In this document: positions 10,448 through 20,487 of the stretch, piece by piece
Layout of the letters: every line of letters starts with the position of its first letter
How positions within the stretch are numbered: the stretch's first letter is position 1
Assembly: GCA_044229975.1 (NCBI GenBank)
Contig: JBGARZ010000002.1
Span: forward strand, 352,001 to 416,000
Length of the DNA: 64,000 nt
Reading direction: 5' to 3'
Source: Polyangiales bacterium
Lineage (GTDB): Bacteria > Myxococcota_A > Polyangia > Polyangiales > Ga0077539
Made by a program: the position numbers and the translations under genes
The notes under the pieces: model-generated
Database searches by the model: none
The model's input: the letters and a program-made list of their open reading frames with translations, nothing else
Told to the model about the DNA's origin: nothing

Positions 10448-11674
10448 ATGGGCATGTGGTGGATGGCCTTTCGCCTCGCGCTGCGCTCGCTCACGCGCAA
10501 CAAGCTGCGGGCGTCGCTCACGGTGCTGGGCATCCTCATCGGCGTCGCGGCCGTGGTCGCCATGACGGCCCTCGGCGACGGGGCGAGCGCCAGCATCCAG
10601 AACCAGATGGGGGCGCTCGGCGTGAACCTCCTGTGGGTCTACCCCGGCTCCAACACGTCGTCGGGCGCGCGCGGTGAGACGGGCAGCCGACCGACCCTCT
10701 CCGAAGACGACGCCGAGGCCATCACGCGAGAGCTCTTCACGGTTCAGGCGGTGGCGCCGGTGATCTCGGTGAGCGCGCAGGTGGTCGTCGGGTCGCGCAA
10801 CTTCGCGACGCGGGTGACGGGAACCACGCCCGAGTACCTCCAGGTGCGCGCGTGGCCGGTGGCTCGCGGGGGCGCCTTCACCGACGCGGATGTTCGCATC
10901 GCGGGGCGCGCGTGCCTCATCGGCGAGACGGTGCGGCAGGCGCTCTTCGACCAGGCCGACCCGGTGGGGCAGACCATTCGCATCGGGCGCATCCCGTGCA
11001 CCGTCGTCGGGCTGCTCGCGCCGAAGGGACAGGGGAGCTTCGGGCAGGACTACGACGACACGGTGGTGATGCCCATCTCGGCGGTGCGCGCTCGCTTGCG
11101 TCACTCGCCCGGCCGCGAGGTCGATCAGATCATGGTGTCGGTGCGCGAGCAGGACCTCATGACCCGCGCCCAGGAGCAGGTCACGGCGCTCCTGCGCCAG
11201 CGCCACCGCGTCGCGGAAGGCGACGAAAACGACTTCATGGTCCGCAACCTCCAGGACCTCATGGCGACCCTGGAGCGCACGCGCTCGACGCTCTCCACCC
11301 TGCTGCTCGCCATCGCCTGCATCGCCCTCCTCGTCGGCGGCATCGGCGTCATGAACATCATGCTGGTGAGCGTCTCCGAGCGCACCCGCGAGATCGGCAT
11401 CCGGCTCGCCATCGGCGCCCGCTCGGCGGACATCCTTGCGCAGTTTCTCGTCGAGGCCGTCACGCTGTCAGCCATCGGCGGCCTCGCGGGCCTAGCCCTC
11501 GGCGTCGGCGCGGGCACCGTGCTCGGTCGGGCCATGGAGTGGTCGGTGCGCTTCTCTCCGACGGCGGCGCTCGTGGCCTTCGCGACCTCCGGGGGCATCG
11601 GCATCGTCTTTGGCTATTTCCCCGCGAGACGGGCGGCGCAGCTCGACCCTATCACCGCGCTTCGACACGAGTAG
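10448..11674 (+). CDS. ABC transporter permease (MacB/FtsX-like)
   Basis: RASLTVLGILIGV, GGIGVMNIMLVSVSERTREIGIR, GYFPARRAAQLDPI. Confidence 0.95.
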   Translation: MGMWWMAFRLALRSLTRNKLRASLTVLGILIGVAAVVAMTALGDGASASIQNQMGALGVNLLWVYPGSNTSSGARGETGSRPTLSEDDAEAITRELFTVQAVAPVISVSAQVVVGSRNFATRVTGTTPEYLQVRAWPVARGGAFTDADVRIAGRACLIGETVRQALFDQADPVGQTIRIGRIPCTVVGLLAPKGQGSFGQDYDDTVVMPISAVRARLRHSPGREVDQIMVSVREQDLMTRAQEQVTALLRQRHRVAEGDENDFMVRNLQDLMATLERTRSTLSTLLLAIACIALLVGGIGVMNIMLVSVSERTREIGIRLAIGARSADILAQFLVEAVTLSAIGGLAGLALGVGAGTVLGRAMEWSVRFSPTAALVAFATSGGIGIVFGYFPARRAAQLDPITALRHE

Positions 11675-11754
11675 CGGTCTCGGCTCTCCCTCTGTACCCT
11701 CGCGAGGTTTTCCAGGGTCCGCCTCTCCCAACCGTGAAGAAGGTTCTCCCCGCG

Positions 11755-13149
11755 ATGTTCGCGCCGGGCGACGTGGTCGCAGACCGCTACGAGATCGTCC
11801 GAGCGCTCGATTCGGGCGCGATGGGGGAAGTCTTCGAGGCGCTGCACCGCACGCTGCAACGGCGCGTGGCGCTCAAGGTGCTGCGCGCCGAGGTGGGGCA
11901 CAGCGAGGAGAGCATGGAGCGCTTCAGCCGCGAGGCGCAGGCCGCGGCGGCGGTCGGGCACCCCAACATCGTCGACGTCATCGACCTCGGCGTGCACGCG
12001 GGTCGGCCCTTCCTGGTGATGGAGCTGCTCAAGGGGCAGAGCCTGCTCGCGCGGATGCGAGGCACCTACCCGTTGACGGTAGAGGACATCGTGCGCGTGA
12101 CGGCGCAGGTGCTCTCGGGGCTCGCGTCGGCCCACGCGCTCGGGGTGATCCACCGCGACGTGAAGCCCGAGAACGTCTTCGTCCTGGCGGGCTCCGAGCT
12201 GCGGGTGAAGCTCCTCGATTTTGGCGTGTCGAAGTTTGCGCCGTCGCAGGTGCAGCGCCGCGCCTATACCCGCGAGGGCGTGGTGCTCGGGACGCCCCGC
12301 TACATCGCCCCCGAGCAGTGGCTCGACGCGAGCCGGGTCGACCACCGGGCCGACCTCTTCTCGGTGGGCGTTCTGCTCTACGAGCTGCTGACGGGTGCCT
12401 TCCCCTACCCCGGCGACAACGACGCCGACCTCTTCCGCAACCTCGTCGAGCGCGCCATCGAGCCGGAGCCCCCGAGCCGCCTGCGCGCCGATCTCCCGCC
12501 CGGCCTCGACGCCGTCGTGCTCCGCGCGCTGGAGCCCATGCCTGCGATGCGCTTCCCCACGGCGCAGGACTTCCTCGACGCGCTGCGCCCCTTCGGCGCG
12601 ACGGGCATCGACGCCACCGACGCGCCGCCGTCCTCGCAGACCATCCCTCCGCCCGCGCCGCTCAGCATGCTCGCGGTGGAGACCTCCCTCCGTCGCTCGT
12701 CGCGCCCGGCGCCGACCGAGGGCGCGCGTGTCGCGTCGTTGCGCTCGGTCGCATGGCTCGTGCTGGGCAGCGGTCTTGGCGTGCTCTCGGCGGGCTTCGC
12801 ACTGGGTCTGCGCCGATCGCCGCCCGCGCCCATCGTCGCGCCGCGCGTGGTGGTCGAGCACCACACCGTGACCGTTCCTGCGGTGGCGACGACCGCGCGC
12901 ATCACGCTCTTCGAACTGCCCCCCGGCGTGGTGGTTCGCGTGGGCGGGGTGGAGCAGCGCGGCGCGTCCTTCGAGCTGCCGCGGTCGACCACGCCGGTGG
13001 CGATCGAGGTGTCGCACGGCGACGAGACCCGCGAGCTGCGCCTCGTGCCCGACCGCGACCAGACGGTGGTGTTCAGCCCCTTCGACCTCCCCGTCGAGCG
13101 CGAGCCCGAGCGCTCGTCCCGCCGTCGTCGGCGCCACGATCCGCGCTGA
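11755..13149 (+). CDS. Ser/Thr protein kinase with TM and PEGA-like C-terminus
   Basis: GAMGEV, VALK, HRDVKPEN, DFG, GTPRYIAPE; hydrophobic stretch after a Pro-rich linker. The ORF-track extension from 10852 overlaps the permease and is not real. Confidence 0.92.
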   Translation: MFAPGDVVADRYEIVRALDSGAMGEVFEALHRTLQRRVALKVLRAEVGHSEESMERFSREAQAAAAVGHPNIVDVIDLGVHAGRPFLVMELLKGQSLLARMRGTYPLTVEDIVRVTAQVLSGLASAHALGVIHRDVKPENVFVLAGSELRVKLLDFGVSKFAPSQVQRRAYTREGVVLGTPRYIAPEQWLDASRVDHRADLFSVGVLLYELLTGAFPYPGDNDADLFRNLVERAIEPEPPSRLRADLPPGLDAVVLRALEPMPAMRFPTAQDFLDALRPFGATGIDATDAPPSSQTIPPPAPLSMLAVETSLRRSSRPAPTEGARVASLRSVAWLVLGSGLGVLSAGFALGLRRSPPAPIVAPRVVVEHHTVTVPAVATTARITLFELPPGVVVRVGGVEQRGASFELPRSTTPVAIEVSHGDETRELRLVPDRDQTVVFSPFDLPVEREPERSSRRRRRHDPR

Positions 13150-13198
13150 CGGGTGTTGTCTCGCGGTCCAAGAGGCCGCAAGAGTCCCGGTCCCGCCA

Positions 13199-15634
13199 AT
13201 GGCCCCTCCTACTGATCAATCGCGCCCCGGTCCCGTCGTCCTCCTGACCATGTTCGCGGGGTGCGTGACCGTCGTCGGCATCATCCTCGCGGCCCGCGCC
13301 TGGGACGTGGAGCGCGGCGCCCGTCGTCTCTCCTCCGACCTCTCCTCCATCGAGCGCGGCGGTCGCGCGTCGCGTCTCGCCCATCAGCCGGGCTGGGAGG
13401 CGGAAGCGCTGCGGTCGGCCATCGTGGCAGCGTCAGCCCCGTCGCGCACGGCGCTGGTGCGGTCGCCGACCATCTTCGAGGGCCTCACCTCCGCGGTCGT
13501 CGCGGCCGATCGTGTTCGGACGCTCGACGCGAAGGCGGGCGCGGCCCTGGAGGTGGCGGCGAGCGCCGACGGCAACCGCGTGCTCGCGGGATACGGCGAC
13601 GGCACTGCGATCGTGTGGTCGAGCGACGGGCGGCGCCTGTACACGCTGCGCGGGCACTCGGCGGCCATCCTCGCGGTGGCCCTCTCGACCAACGGTGACG
13701 TAGCAGTCACCGGCGGCGCCGATCAGACGGCGCGTGTGTGGTCGCTCGTGGGCGGCGCGGCGCGCGAGGTCGCGGTGCTGCGGGGCCACGAAGACGCGGT
13801 CACCGTGGTGGCGATCTCCGCGGATGCGCGCCGGGTCCTCACCGCGGGTCGCGACCGCACCGCGCGCCTCTGGACGCTCTCCAACGACGGCGCGGGCGCG
13901 CCCCTCGCGCTCGCGGCCACGGCAGGCTGGATCGAGTGCGCGAACTTCTCCGCCGACGGCACGCGGGTGGTGACGGGTGGCGGCGACAACCTCGCCCGCG
14001 TGTGGAACGCCGTCGACGGCACCCTGGTGCAGACCCTCACCGCACACCACGGGGGCCTGCTCGACGCGCGCTTCGTGGGTGATGGGTCACGGGTGGTCAC
14101 CGCCTCGCGCGATCGCGGTGCGCGCATCTGGGACGTGGCGACGGGCGCGACGCTGCACGCCTTCGACGGGCAGCGGGGCATCGTGACGCGAGCCGTTCCG
14201 AGCCCCAACGGCGAGCGGGTGCTGACCGCGAGCGCGGACGGGTCGGCTGCCATCTGGGACGCGGGCACCGGCGCGCTCCTGCAGACGCTGACGGGGCACC
14301 GCGGGGTGGTCTACGACGCGCGCTGGTCGGCCGACGGGTCGGACGTGGCGACGGCGGGTGAGGACGGCACCGTGCGGCTGTGGCGCGGCGACGGCGGGCG
14401 CGCGGTGGAGACTTTCGCGGGGCACGCGGGCGCGGTGCGTTCGGTGCGCTTCCTGCCCGGCGTCGGGAGGCTGGTCAGCGCGGGGGACGACGGCACCGTG
14501 CGCTTGTGGCGCGCGTCGGCGGATGGGGCGACGGCGGTGTTTCGCGAGCACCACGATCCGGTGCTCGACGTGAGCTTCTCGCCCGACGGGCGGCGGGTGC
14601 TGAGCGCGGGCTGGGACAGCGAGGCTCACCTCTGGGACCCCGCGACGGGACGGGGACTCACGTCGCTGGAGGGCCATGAAGACCGCGTGCTGATGGCCCG
14701 CTTCGCCCCCGACGGACAGCACATCGCGACGGCCTCGGGCGACCACGACGCGCGGCTCTGGACCACGTCGACGGGAGCCTTCGAGCGCTCGCTGCGCGGC
14801 CACGGGAGCTGGGTGCGGGCGCTGGCGTACTCGCGCGACGGCGCGACGCTGGTGACGGCGGGCAACGACGGCACGACGAGGCTCTGGCGCACCAGCGATG
14901 GCAGCGCGATCGGGACGCTGGCGAGCGGCAACGCCGAGGTGTGGTCGGTGGCGTTTTCGCCCGACGGGCGCCGCGTCGTGACGGGCGCGGGCGACCGGGT
15001 GGTGCGGGTGTGGGACGTGGCGGGGCAACGCCTCGCGCACAGCCTCACGGGGCACCAGGGCACGGTGACGCGGGTGATGTTCACGCCCGATGGCGAGCGG
15101 GTGCTGAGCGCCAGCGAGGACGGGACGGCGCGGCTGTGGGACGCGCGCGGCGGTCGATCGCTCGCGGTGCTGGGTGACCACGGCGATGGTCACCGCGGGG
15201 CGGTGACGGTGGCGACGTGCAACGAGAGCGGGCGCTTCATCCTCACGGCGGGCGCCGATGGCACCGCGCGCGTCTGGAACGCCAACAGCGCCCGCCAGGT
15301 GGCGGTGTTGATGGGTCATGTGGGGGCGATCAACGCGGGCACCTTCGCGACCGAGGCCGACCTCGTGGCGACTGCTGGGAGCGATGGCACGGTGCGGATC
15401 TTCCACGGGCCTTCGGGTGAGCTGCTGGCGACGCTCGCGGGGCACGAGGGGCCGGTGCGCGCGCTCGCGGTGTCGCCCGACGGGCGGTCGCTCGTGAGCG
15501 GCGGGGACGACACGACGGTGCGGGTCGTTCCGCTCAGCTACGAGGCGTGGCTGGCGCGGGCTTGCGGGTTGTCGAGGGAGCGGGATGACGGGGAGACGCG
15601 GCGTCTGTGCGCGGAGGCGCGACCGACGCCGTAG
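13199..15634 (+). CDS. membrane-anchored WD40-repeat protein (~16 repeats)
   Basis: N-terminal hydrophobic helix followed by about 16 GH...D.TARxW repeats. Confidence 0.93.
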   Translation: MAPPTDQSRPGPVVLLTMFAGCVTVVGIILAARAWDVERGARRLSSDLSSIERGGRASRLAHQPGWEAEALRSAIVAASAPSRTALVRSPTIFEGLTSAVVAADRVRTLDAKAGAALEVAASADGNRVLAGYGDGTAIVWSSDGRRLYTLRGHSAAILAVALSTNGDVAVTGGADQTARVWSLVGGAAREVAVLRGHEDAVTVVAISADARRVLTAGRDRTARLWTLSNDGAGAPLALAATAGWIECANFSADGTRVVTGGGDNLARVWNAVDGTLVQTLTAHHGGLLDARFVGDGSRVVTASRDRGARIWDVATGATLHAFDGQRGIVTRAVPSPNGERVLTASADGSAAIWDAGTGALLQTLTGHRGVVYDARWSADGSDVATAGEDGTVRLWRGDGGRAVETFAGHAGAVRSVRFLPGVGRLVSAGDDGTVRLWRASADGATAVFREHHDPVLDVSFSPDGRRVLSAGWDSEAHLWDPATGRGLTSLEGHEDRVLMARFAPDGQHIATASGDHDARLWTTSTGAFERSLRGHGSWVRALAYSRDGATLVTAGNDGTTRLWRTSDGSAIGTLASGNAEVWSVAFSPDGRRVVTGAGDRVVRVWDVAGQRLAHSLTGHQGTVTRVMFTPDGERVLSASEDGTARLWDARGGRSLAVLGDHGDGHRGAVTVATCNESGRFILTAGADGTARVWNANSARQVAVLMGHVGAINAGTFATEADLVATAGSDGTVRIFHGPSGELLATLAGHEGPVRALAVSPDGRSLVSGGDDTTVRVVPLSYEAWLARACGLSRERDDGETRRLCAEARPTP

Positions 15635-15643
15635 GGGCGGGAA

Positions 15644-16513
15644 TCAGGCCTTCTTGTAGCGCTCGGCGACGTCGGCGCCGTGCACGCCCTGAAGGAGGTC
15701 GAGGTCCTTGTTGGTGCCGAGGAGCAGTCCGATGTTCTTCGCGGTGAGGCTGTCGAAGATCTCCTGACCGACCTCGTCGCCGACGTGCTCCTTGTACATG
15801 CGAGAGAGGGCCTCGAAGTCCTTGATGAAGCACGCGCCGCCCGCGCCGCGGCCCGACTTGTGGATCGGGTTCATGTACGTCGGGCCGTTGTCCGGGTCGG
15901 CGGACATCGCCTGGCGGATGACGTCCCAGTTGCCGCCCTGCTTCGCGACGAGGTCGTAGAAGAGGTTGATGAACACCACGCGCACGAAGCCGAGCGCGTT
16001 GCGGCCGTACTTGATGAACTCCGCCTCGCGCGCCGAGCACACCACCGAGTAGGGCGCCTTCGGGAGCACGCTGAGCACGTCGTCGGCGGCCTTGTGATAC
16101 TCGGCCGTCTCGATGGGGATGCCGACGATGTTGCGCGTCGGGTTCTCGGCGTCGTGCTTGGCCGAGACCACCGACAGGAACTCCGGCGAGTGCATCACCT
16201 TCACGTCGGGGTACTGCGCCTGGATGGACTCCGTGGTGCCCGGCAGCAGGGTCGACTTGATGACCACCGTCTTGCCCTTGCCGACGAGCGCGATGGTGCC
16301 GCGCACGATGCTGTCGTCGAAGCCCTCCGGCGTGGTGGGCGTGGGCACCGCGACGAAGACGATGTCGCAGTCCTTGATGAGCCCGGCGTTGTTTCGATAG
16401 GGCTCCTCCATGGCGTAGCGGGCGACCTTGTATCCGCGGCGCTCGAAGTCGTCCGAGTAGGTCTTGCCGATCCAGCCCTGGCCGATGAATCCGATGGTCT
16501 TGTCCGTGCTCAT
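15644..16513 (-). CDS. UDP-glucose/GDP-mannose dehydrogenase family protein, short form (289 aa)
   Basis: GFIGQGWIG Rossmann motif, VAVPTP, IKSTLLPGT, SPEFL, AEFIKY, catalytic GAGGACFIKD. Confidence 0.88.
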   Translation of the reverse strand: MSTDKTIGFIGQGWIGKTYSDDFERRGYKVARYAMEEPYRNNAGLIKDCDIVFVAVPTPTTPEGFDDSIVRGTIALVGKGKTVVIKSTLLPGTTESIQAQYPDVKVMHSPEFLSVVSAKHDAENPTRNIVGIPIETAEYHKAADDVLSVLPKAPYSVVCSAREAEFIKYGRNALGFVRVVFINLFYDLVAKQGGNWDVIRQAMSADPDNGPTYMNPIHKSGRGAGGACFIKDFEALSRMYKEHVGDEVGQEIFDSLTAKNIGLLLGTNKDLDLLQGVHGADVAERYKKA

Positions 16514-16691
16514 GGTGCGCGCGTACCTGTCCTGTGGGGCTTCGAGAGCGTTGTTGTTGCGGGCGCCGGGCCCGGCGTTCGGGCGCGGAGCATAGAACAG
16601 ACTCGCGCGCCGTTGGACGCCATCCGCCCCGAACGGGCGACGCATGCCCGCCGACGTCTCACAGGACGCGGCGGCGCGACGACCTTCGGTT

Positions 16692-17249
16692 CTACGTGGC
16701 GTCGGGTCCGGCGGGGTTGATGCTGCGCTCGCGCCGGTTGGCGGGCGGCTCTTCGGGAGCGGCTCCCGTCGGCGGCGTGGGCGCGGTTCCGGTCGGCGGG
16801 TTCGCGGGCGCGTTGTCGGGGCGGTTGGCTCCGTCCGACGGGGGCGTGGTCGGAGGCGTCGGACGTCGGATCACGGCGGGCGGCGGCTCGCCAAACTCAG
16901 CCCGCAGCTTGCGACCGAGCCGTGTGAGGATCAGCGACTCGACGTAGGTCGGCATCTGCGGAATCTGCACGATGATGCGCGCACCAGGACGGCCATCGAT
17001 CTCGGTGCGCACCAGCTCCACCGAACCAGGGACCGAGCGCGCGCCCTCGCGGTAGGTGAAGGTGAAGTAGCCGAGGTCCTGATCGCGCTCGTTGATGGTG
17101 AGGCCCATGTCGATGCGGACGAGGCGAACCGCGGCGTTCCAGGTGGTCTCCATGGGGTAGGGCTCGTCGCGGACGGTGCGCGCGGACGCCGTCACCGACG
17201 CCAGGGAGAACACCACCGCCGCGAGGCCGCCGAACCAATGAGCGCGCAT
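16692..17249 (-). CDS. secreted hypothetical protein with Pro-rich tail
   Basis: Signal peptide ending ASA; globular region, then PTPPTTPP tail. Confidence 0.75.
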   Translation of the reverse strand: MRAHWFGGLAAVVFSLASVTASARTVRDEPYPMETTWNAAVRLVRIDMGLTINERDQDLGYFTFTYREGARSVPGSVELVRTEIDGRPGARIIVQIPQMPTYVESLILTRLGRKLRAEFGEPPPAVIRRPTPPTTPPSDGANRPDNAPANPPTGTAPTPPTGAAPEEPPANRRERSINPAGPDAT

Positions 17250-17304
17250 GGCGCCGACCCTGAGGGGAGCAGCGCCCGAAACGCAAGTTACCGGCGGTGC
17301 GAGG

Positions 17305-18402
17305 TCAGCGCGCGGGGGGCGTCGAGCCTTCGGATCCGTCGAGCGCCTTGCGCGGATCGATGTGCGCGTACCAGAGCGAGCCGAGCCCCGCGATGGTCGA
17401 GAAGATGGCCTGACACGCGTACATCAGGAACACATAGACGCTCCCCTTCGAGAGCACCTCGGAATCCGGATAGAACATCCGCAGCGCCAGGTAGATGGAG
17501 TACTGGAACGGCCCGAAGAGCCCCGGGCCCGCGGGCAGCAGGATGCCCATGGCCAGCACGCCCATCACGGCGAAGCCCTGCGCGGGCGTCATGGCGAGGC
17601 CGCAGCCGTAGCCGAGCAGCCACATGCCGAGGGCGTTGACCGTCCAGTAGATGGTCGTCTGCACCATGAACGGGCCCATGAGCTTCGGGTCGGGCAGCGA
17701 GCGTAGACCGTCGGCGAGGTCGCCCACCATGCGCGAGAGGCGTGCGGCGAGTCGCTTGCTCACGAGCCCGACGACGCGCTCGGTGAGCCGCTCGGCCAGG
17801 CGGCGCGCGGCGAGGAAGAAGGCCAGCACCACCAGCGCCGACGAGAACACCGCGACGGTGAGGTACCCGTAGCGGACGACGTGCGCGACGCGGAAGCCGC
17901 CGAAGACCACGCCCTCCAGCGGCAGTCGCGGGACGAACCACAGCGTCGCGGCGAGCAGGAGCGCCACGAAGAGACCATCGAGCACGCGCTCGGCGGCGAT
18001 GGTTCCCATGGCGGCCGAGCCCGAGATGCGCCCTTCGCGGCGGAGCAGCGCGGGGCGCACGACCTCGCCCATGCGCAGCGGCAGCATCATGATCGCGAAG
18101 AAGCCCACCCACGCGTACGCGATGATGCGCGAGGTGGGGACCGTCGCGACGGGCTTGAGCAGGTAACCCCAGCGCCACGCGCGAAACCAGTGCACCACGA
18201 GCAGCGACGCGAAGTACGTCGGCACCGTCCACCAGTGCACGTACTTGAACGCGTCCCGATCGGGCAGCACCGGCACGCCGCCGCGCTGCATGAAGAGCAG
18301 GAACGCGCCTGCCACGAGCAGCGACACGAGCAGCCGCACCTGCCAGCGGCGCTTCTCGGCAGGGGCCTTCGGACTGATCTCGATGGTGTCGCTCACGCTC
18401 AC
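17305..18402 (-). CDS. lysylphosphatidylglycerol synthase TM / flippase-like (UPF0104) membrane protein
   Basis: [33 protein letters not shown]; multiple TMs; start 18402 or 18396. Confidence 0.88.
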   Translation of the reverse strand: MSVSDTIEISPKAPAEKRRWQVRLLVSLLVAGAFLLFMQRGGVPVLPDRDAFKYVHWWTVPTYFASLLVVHWFRAWRWGYLLKPVATVPTSRIIAYAWVGFFAIMMLPLRMGEVVRPALLRREGRISGSAAMGTIAAERVLDGLFVALLLAATLWFVPRLPLEGVVFGGFRVAHVVRYGYLTVAVFSSALVVLAFFLAARRLAERLTERVVGLVSKRLAARLSRMVGDLADGLRSLPDPKLMGPFMVQTTIYWTVNALGMWLLGYGCGLAMTPAQGFAVMGVLAMGILLPAGPGLFGPFQYSIYLALRMFYPDSEVLSKGSVYVFLMYACQAIFSTIAGLGSLWYAHIDPRKALDGSEGSTPPAR

Positions 18403-18403
18403 G

Positions 18404-19159
18404 TTACGCCGTCGACGCGGCCCGCGGCGTCGCCCGCCCGGCCGCTGCAAGAACCTTCGCCGGCCCGTCGACCAGCAACCGCTGCACCTCGGCGTCGCCC
18501 CGCGCCGCCCGCACCGCCGCGATGCCCTGCGCCACGATCGCGACGTCCGATGCCTTGTGTGCGTCCGAGCACGCCGCCGTGTACTTGCCCGCCTTGAGGA
18601 TGCGCTCGGCCGCCGCCTGCGCGCGTCGACCGTAGGCGCCGACGAGGGACATCAGGTCGAGCAGCAGCCACACGCCCGCGCCCAACAGCTCTTCGAGCTT
18701 CTCCTCGGACTGTTGCACCGGCACATACCGCTCCGGGTGCGCGAGCACCGGGCGCACTGTCTTGGCCATGCGCCAGAGCTGGAGCTCAACCCGCATCGGG
18801 ATGTTGTCGTAGGGAAACTCCACCAGCGCCGCGCCGCCGCCGGGATACGTGAGCGCCTCGCCCTTGCGCAGCAGGTCTTGCAGCACGTCGTCGAACATGT
18901 GCTCGCCCGCCAGCAGCAGCGTGGGCAACGGCTCGCCCCGCTTTGCCGCCTCGGCCATGACGGCGCTCAGGACTTCGTGCGCGGCCGCGCGGCTCTCGAT
19001 GCGGTTGTCCCACACGCCGCTGCGAACGTGGGGCGTAGCCACCACCGTGCGAAAGCCGATGCCGTAGAGACCCGCGAGGAGCGCGGCGCCGTCCTCCGCG
19101 GTGCGGGCGCCGTCGTCGATGCCTGGGAGGGGATGGCAGTGCAGGTCGATCCAGGCCAT
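18404..19159 (-). CDS. CpsB/CapC-type PHP protein-tyrosine phosphatase
   Basis: [31 protein letters not shown]. Confidence 0.92.
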   Translation of the reverse strand: MAWIDLHCHPLPGIDDGARTAEDGAALLAGLYGIGFRTVVATPHVRSGVWDNRIESRAAAHEVLSAVMAEAAKRGEPLPTLLLAGEHMFDDVLQDLLRKGEALTYPGGGAALVEFPYDNIPMRVELQLWRMAKTVRPVLAHPERYVPVQQSEEKLEELLGAGVWLLLDLMSLVGAYGRRAQAAAERILKAGKYTAACSDAHKASDVAIVAQGIAAVRAARGDAEVQRLLVDGPAKVLAAAGRATPRAASTA

Positions 19160-19230
19160 GAACGTGCGGGCCGTGGGGTATCACCCTTCCTGGCATGCGT
19201 CGAGACGATGCCTGCGCGCGCCGCGGACGA

Positions 19231-20487
19231 TCAGCCCGCGCGGTGGGCGCGGGCGAGTGTGACGAGCGCATCGCGGGTGTTGCGTGACGGGTCGTCGATG
19301 ACCTGCTCCAGCAGCCACTTCAAGAGGTCACCGAGCTCGCGCGAGGGGCGCATCGCGAGCTCCGTCATCAGCGAGTTTCCGTCGATGGCAAGGTCGCCCG
19401 TGGTGAGCGCGACACCCTCCGCGAGCGCAGTCTCTACCCTCGCCCGCAACCCGCCGAGCGCCGCCTCGCCGCGCAACGCCGCTGCCACGTCGAGCGTCGG
19501 CCTCGCCGCGTCGCGACCCACTCCCTGCAACCACCGTCGAACGTCGGCGTCGCTCCACTCTCCCGGCGAGCCGTGCGGTTGCGAGCGCAGGAGCAGCAGC
19601 ACCGTCGCGCGCTCGTCGTTGGAGAACTTCGTCGCCTTCAGCCACGCGTCGAGCGTCGCGAGGTCGACCGCGTGCAGCAGCGCCGCGAGCCGCGAGGTCA
19701 CCGGCAAGGGGCACGCGTCCACCGCCGCGAGCGAGCGCGCCCACGACGCATCGTCGCTCGTCGTCGAGAGCACGGGCAGCGTCACACCGAGGATGCCCGT
19801 GCGCGCCATCGCATCAAACGCGCGCGAGGGAGACGGCGCCTTGAGCGCCTTGATCCACTCCTCGCGGACGCGCTCGGCCGACACGCGACGAAACACTTCC
19901 AGGGCTCCGGGGATGGCCGCCTCCGTCGCAGGCTCCAGATCGAAGCCCAGCGCGGCCGTGAAGCGCGCGCCGCGCAGCACCCGCAGCCCGTCCTCGCCGA
20001 AGCGCTTCGCCGGATCGCCGACCGCGCGGAGCAAACCGCGGTGCAGATCGTCGAGGCCGCCGTGCGGGTCTACCAGCTCCTGCGCCACCGGGTCGTACGC
20101 GATGGCGTTGACGGTGAAGTCGCGCCGCGCGAGGTCGTCGGCGATGTCGTCGAGGAAGCGCACCGCATCGGGTCGACGGCCGTCGGTGTAGTCGCCATCG
20201 CCGCGCAGCGTCGTGACCTCGTAGTGCACGCGCTCGCGCACGACGGTGATGGTTCCGTGGTCGATGCCCGTGGGGATGGTGCGCGGGAAGATCTGCATCA
20301 CCCGCTCGGGCCGCGCGCTGGTGCAGATGTCCCAGTCGTTGACCGGGCGGTCGAGGAGGTGGTCGCGCACGCAGCCGCCCACGACCCAGGCGCCGTGACC
20401 ATCGGCCCGGAGCGCCTCGCAGATGGCCTGCGCCGCGGCTGGAATCGCCGCCGGGTCGAAGGTGTCGCGCACGACCCTCCCGCTCAT
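19231..20487 (-). CDS. cca: tRNA nucleotidyltransferase (class II CCA-adding family)
   Basis: VGGCVRD, DWD, EVTTLR..YTDGRRP flexible loop, [22 protein letters not shown]. Confidence 0.88.
   Translation of the reverse strand: MSGRVVRDTFDPAAIPAAAQAICEALRADGHGAWVVGGCVRDHLLDRPVNDWDICTSARPERVMQIFPRTIPTGIDHGTITVVRERVHYEVTTLRGDGDYTDGRRPDAVRFLDDIADDLARRDFTVNAIAYDPVAQELVDPHGGLDDLHRGLLRAVGDPAKRFGEDGLRVLRGARFTAALGFDLEPATEAAIPGALEVFRRVSAERVREEWIKALKAPSPSRAFDAMARTGILGVTLPVLSTTSDDASWARSLAAVDACPLPVTSRLAALLHAVDLATLDAWLKATKFSNDERATVLLLLRSQPHGSPGEWSDADVRRWLQGVGRDAARPTLDVAAALRGEAALGGLRARVETALAEGVALTTGDLAIDGNSLMTELAMRPSRELGDLLKWLLEQVIDDPSRNTRDALVTLARAHRAG

Noticed and set aside
8462..11674. MacAB-type exporter without TolC
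   Set aside because: Common arrangement; the outer-membrane factor is usually encoded elsewhere
10852..11754. Apparent long N-terminal extension of the kinase, suggesting a fusion or frameshift
   Set aside because: It overlaps the intact permease gene in another frame; the kinase domain begins right after ATG 11755
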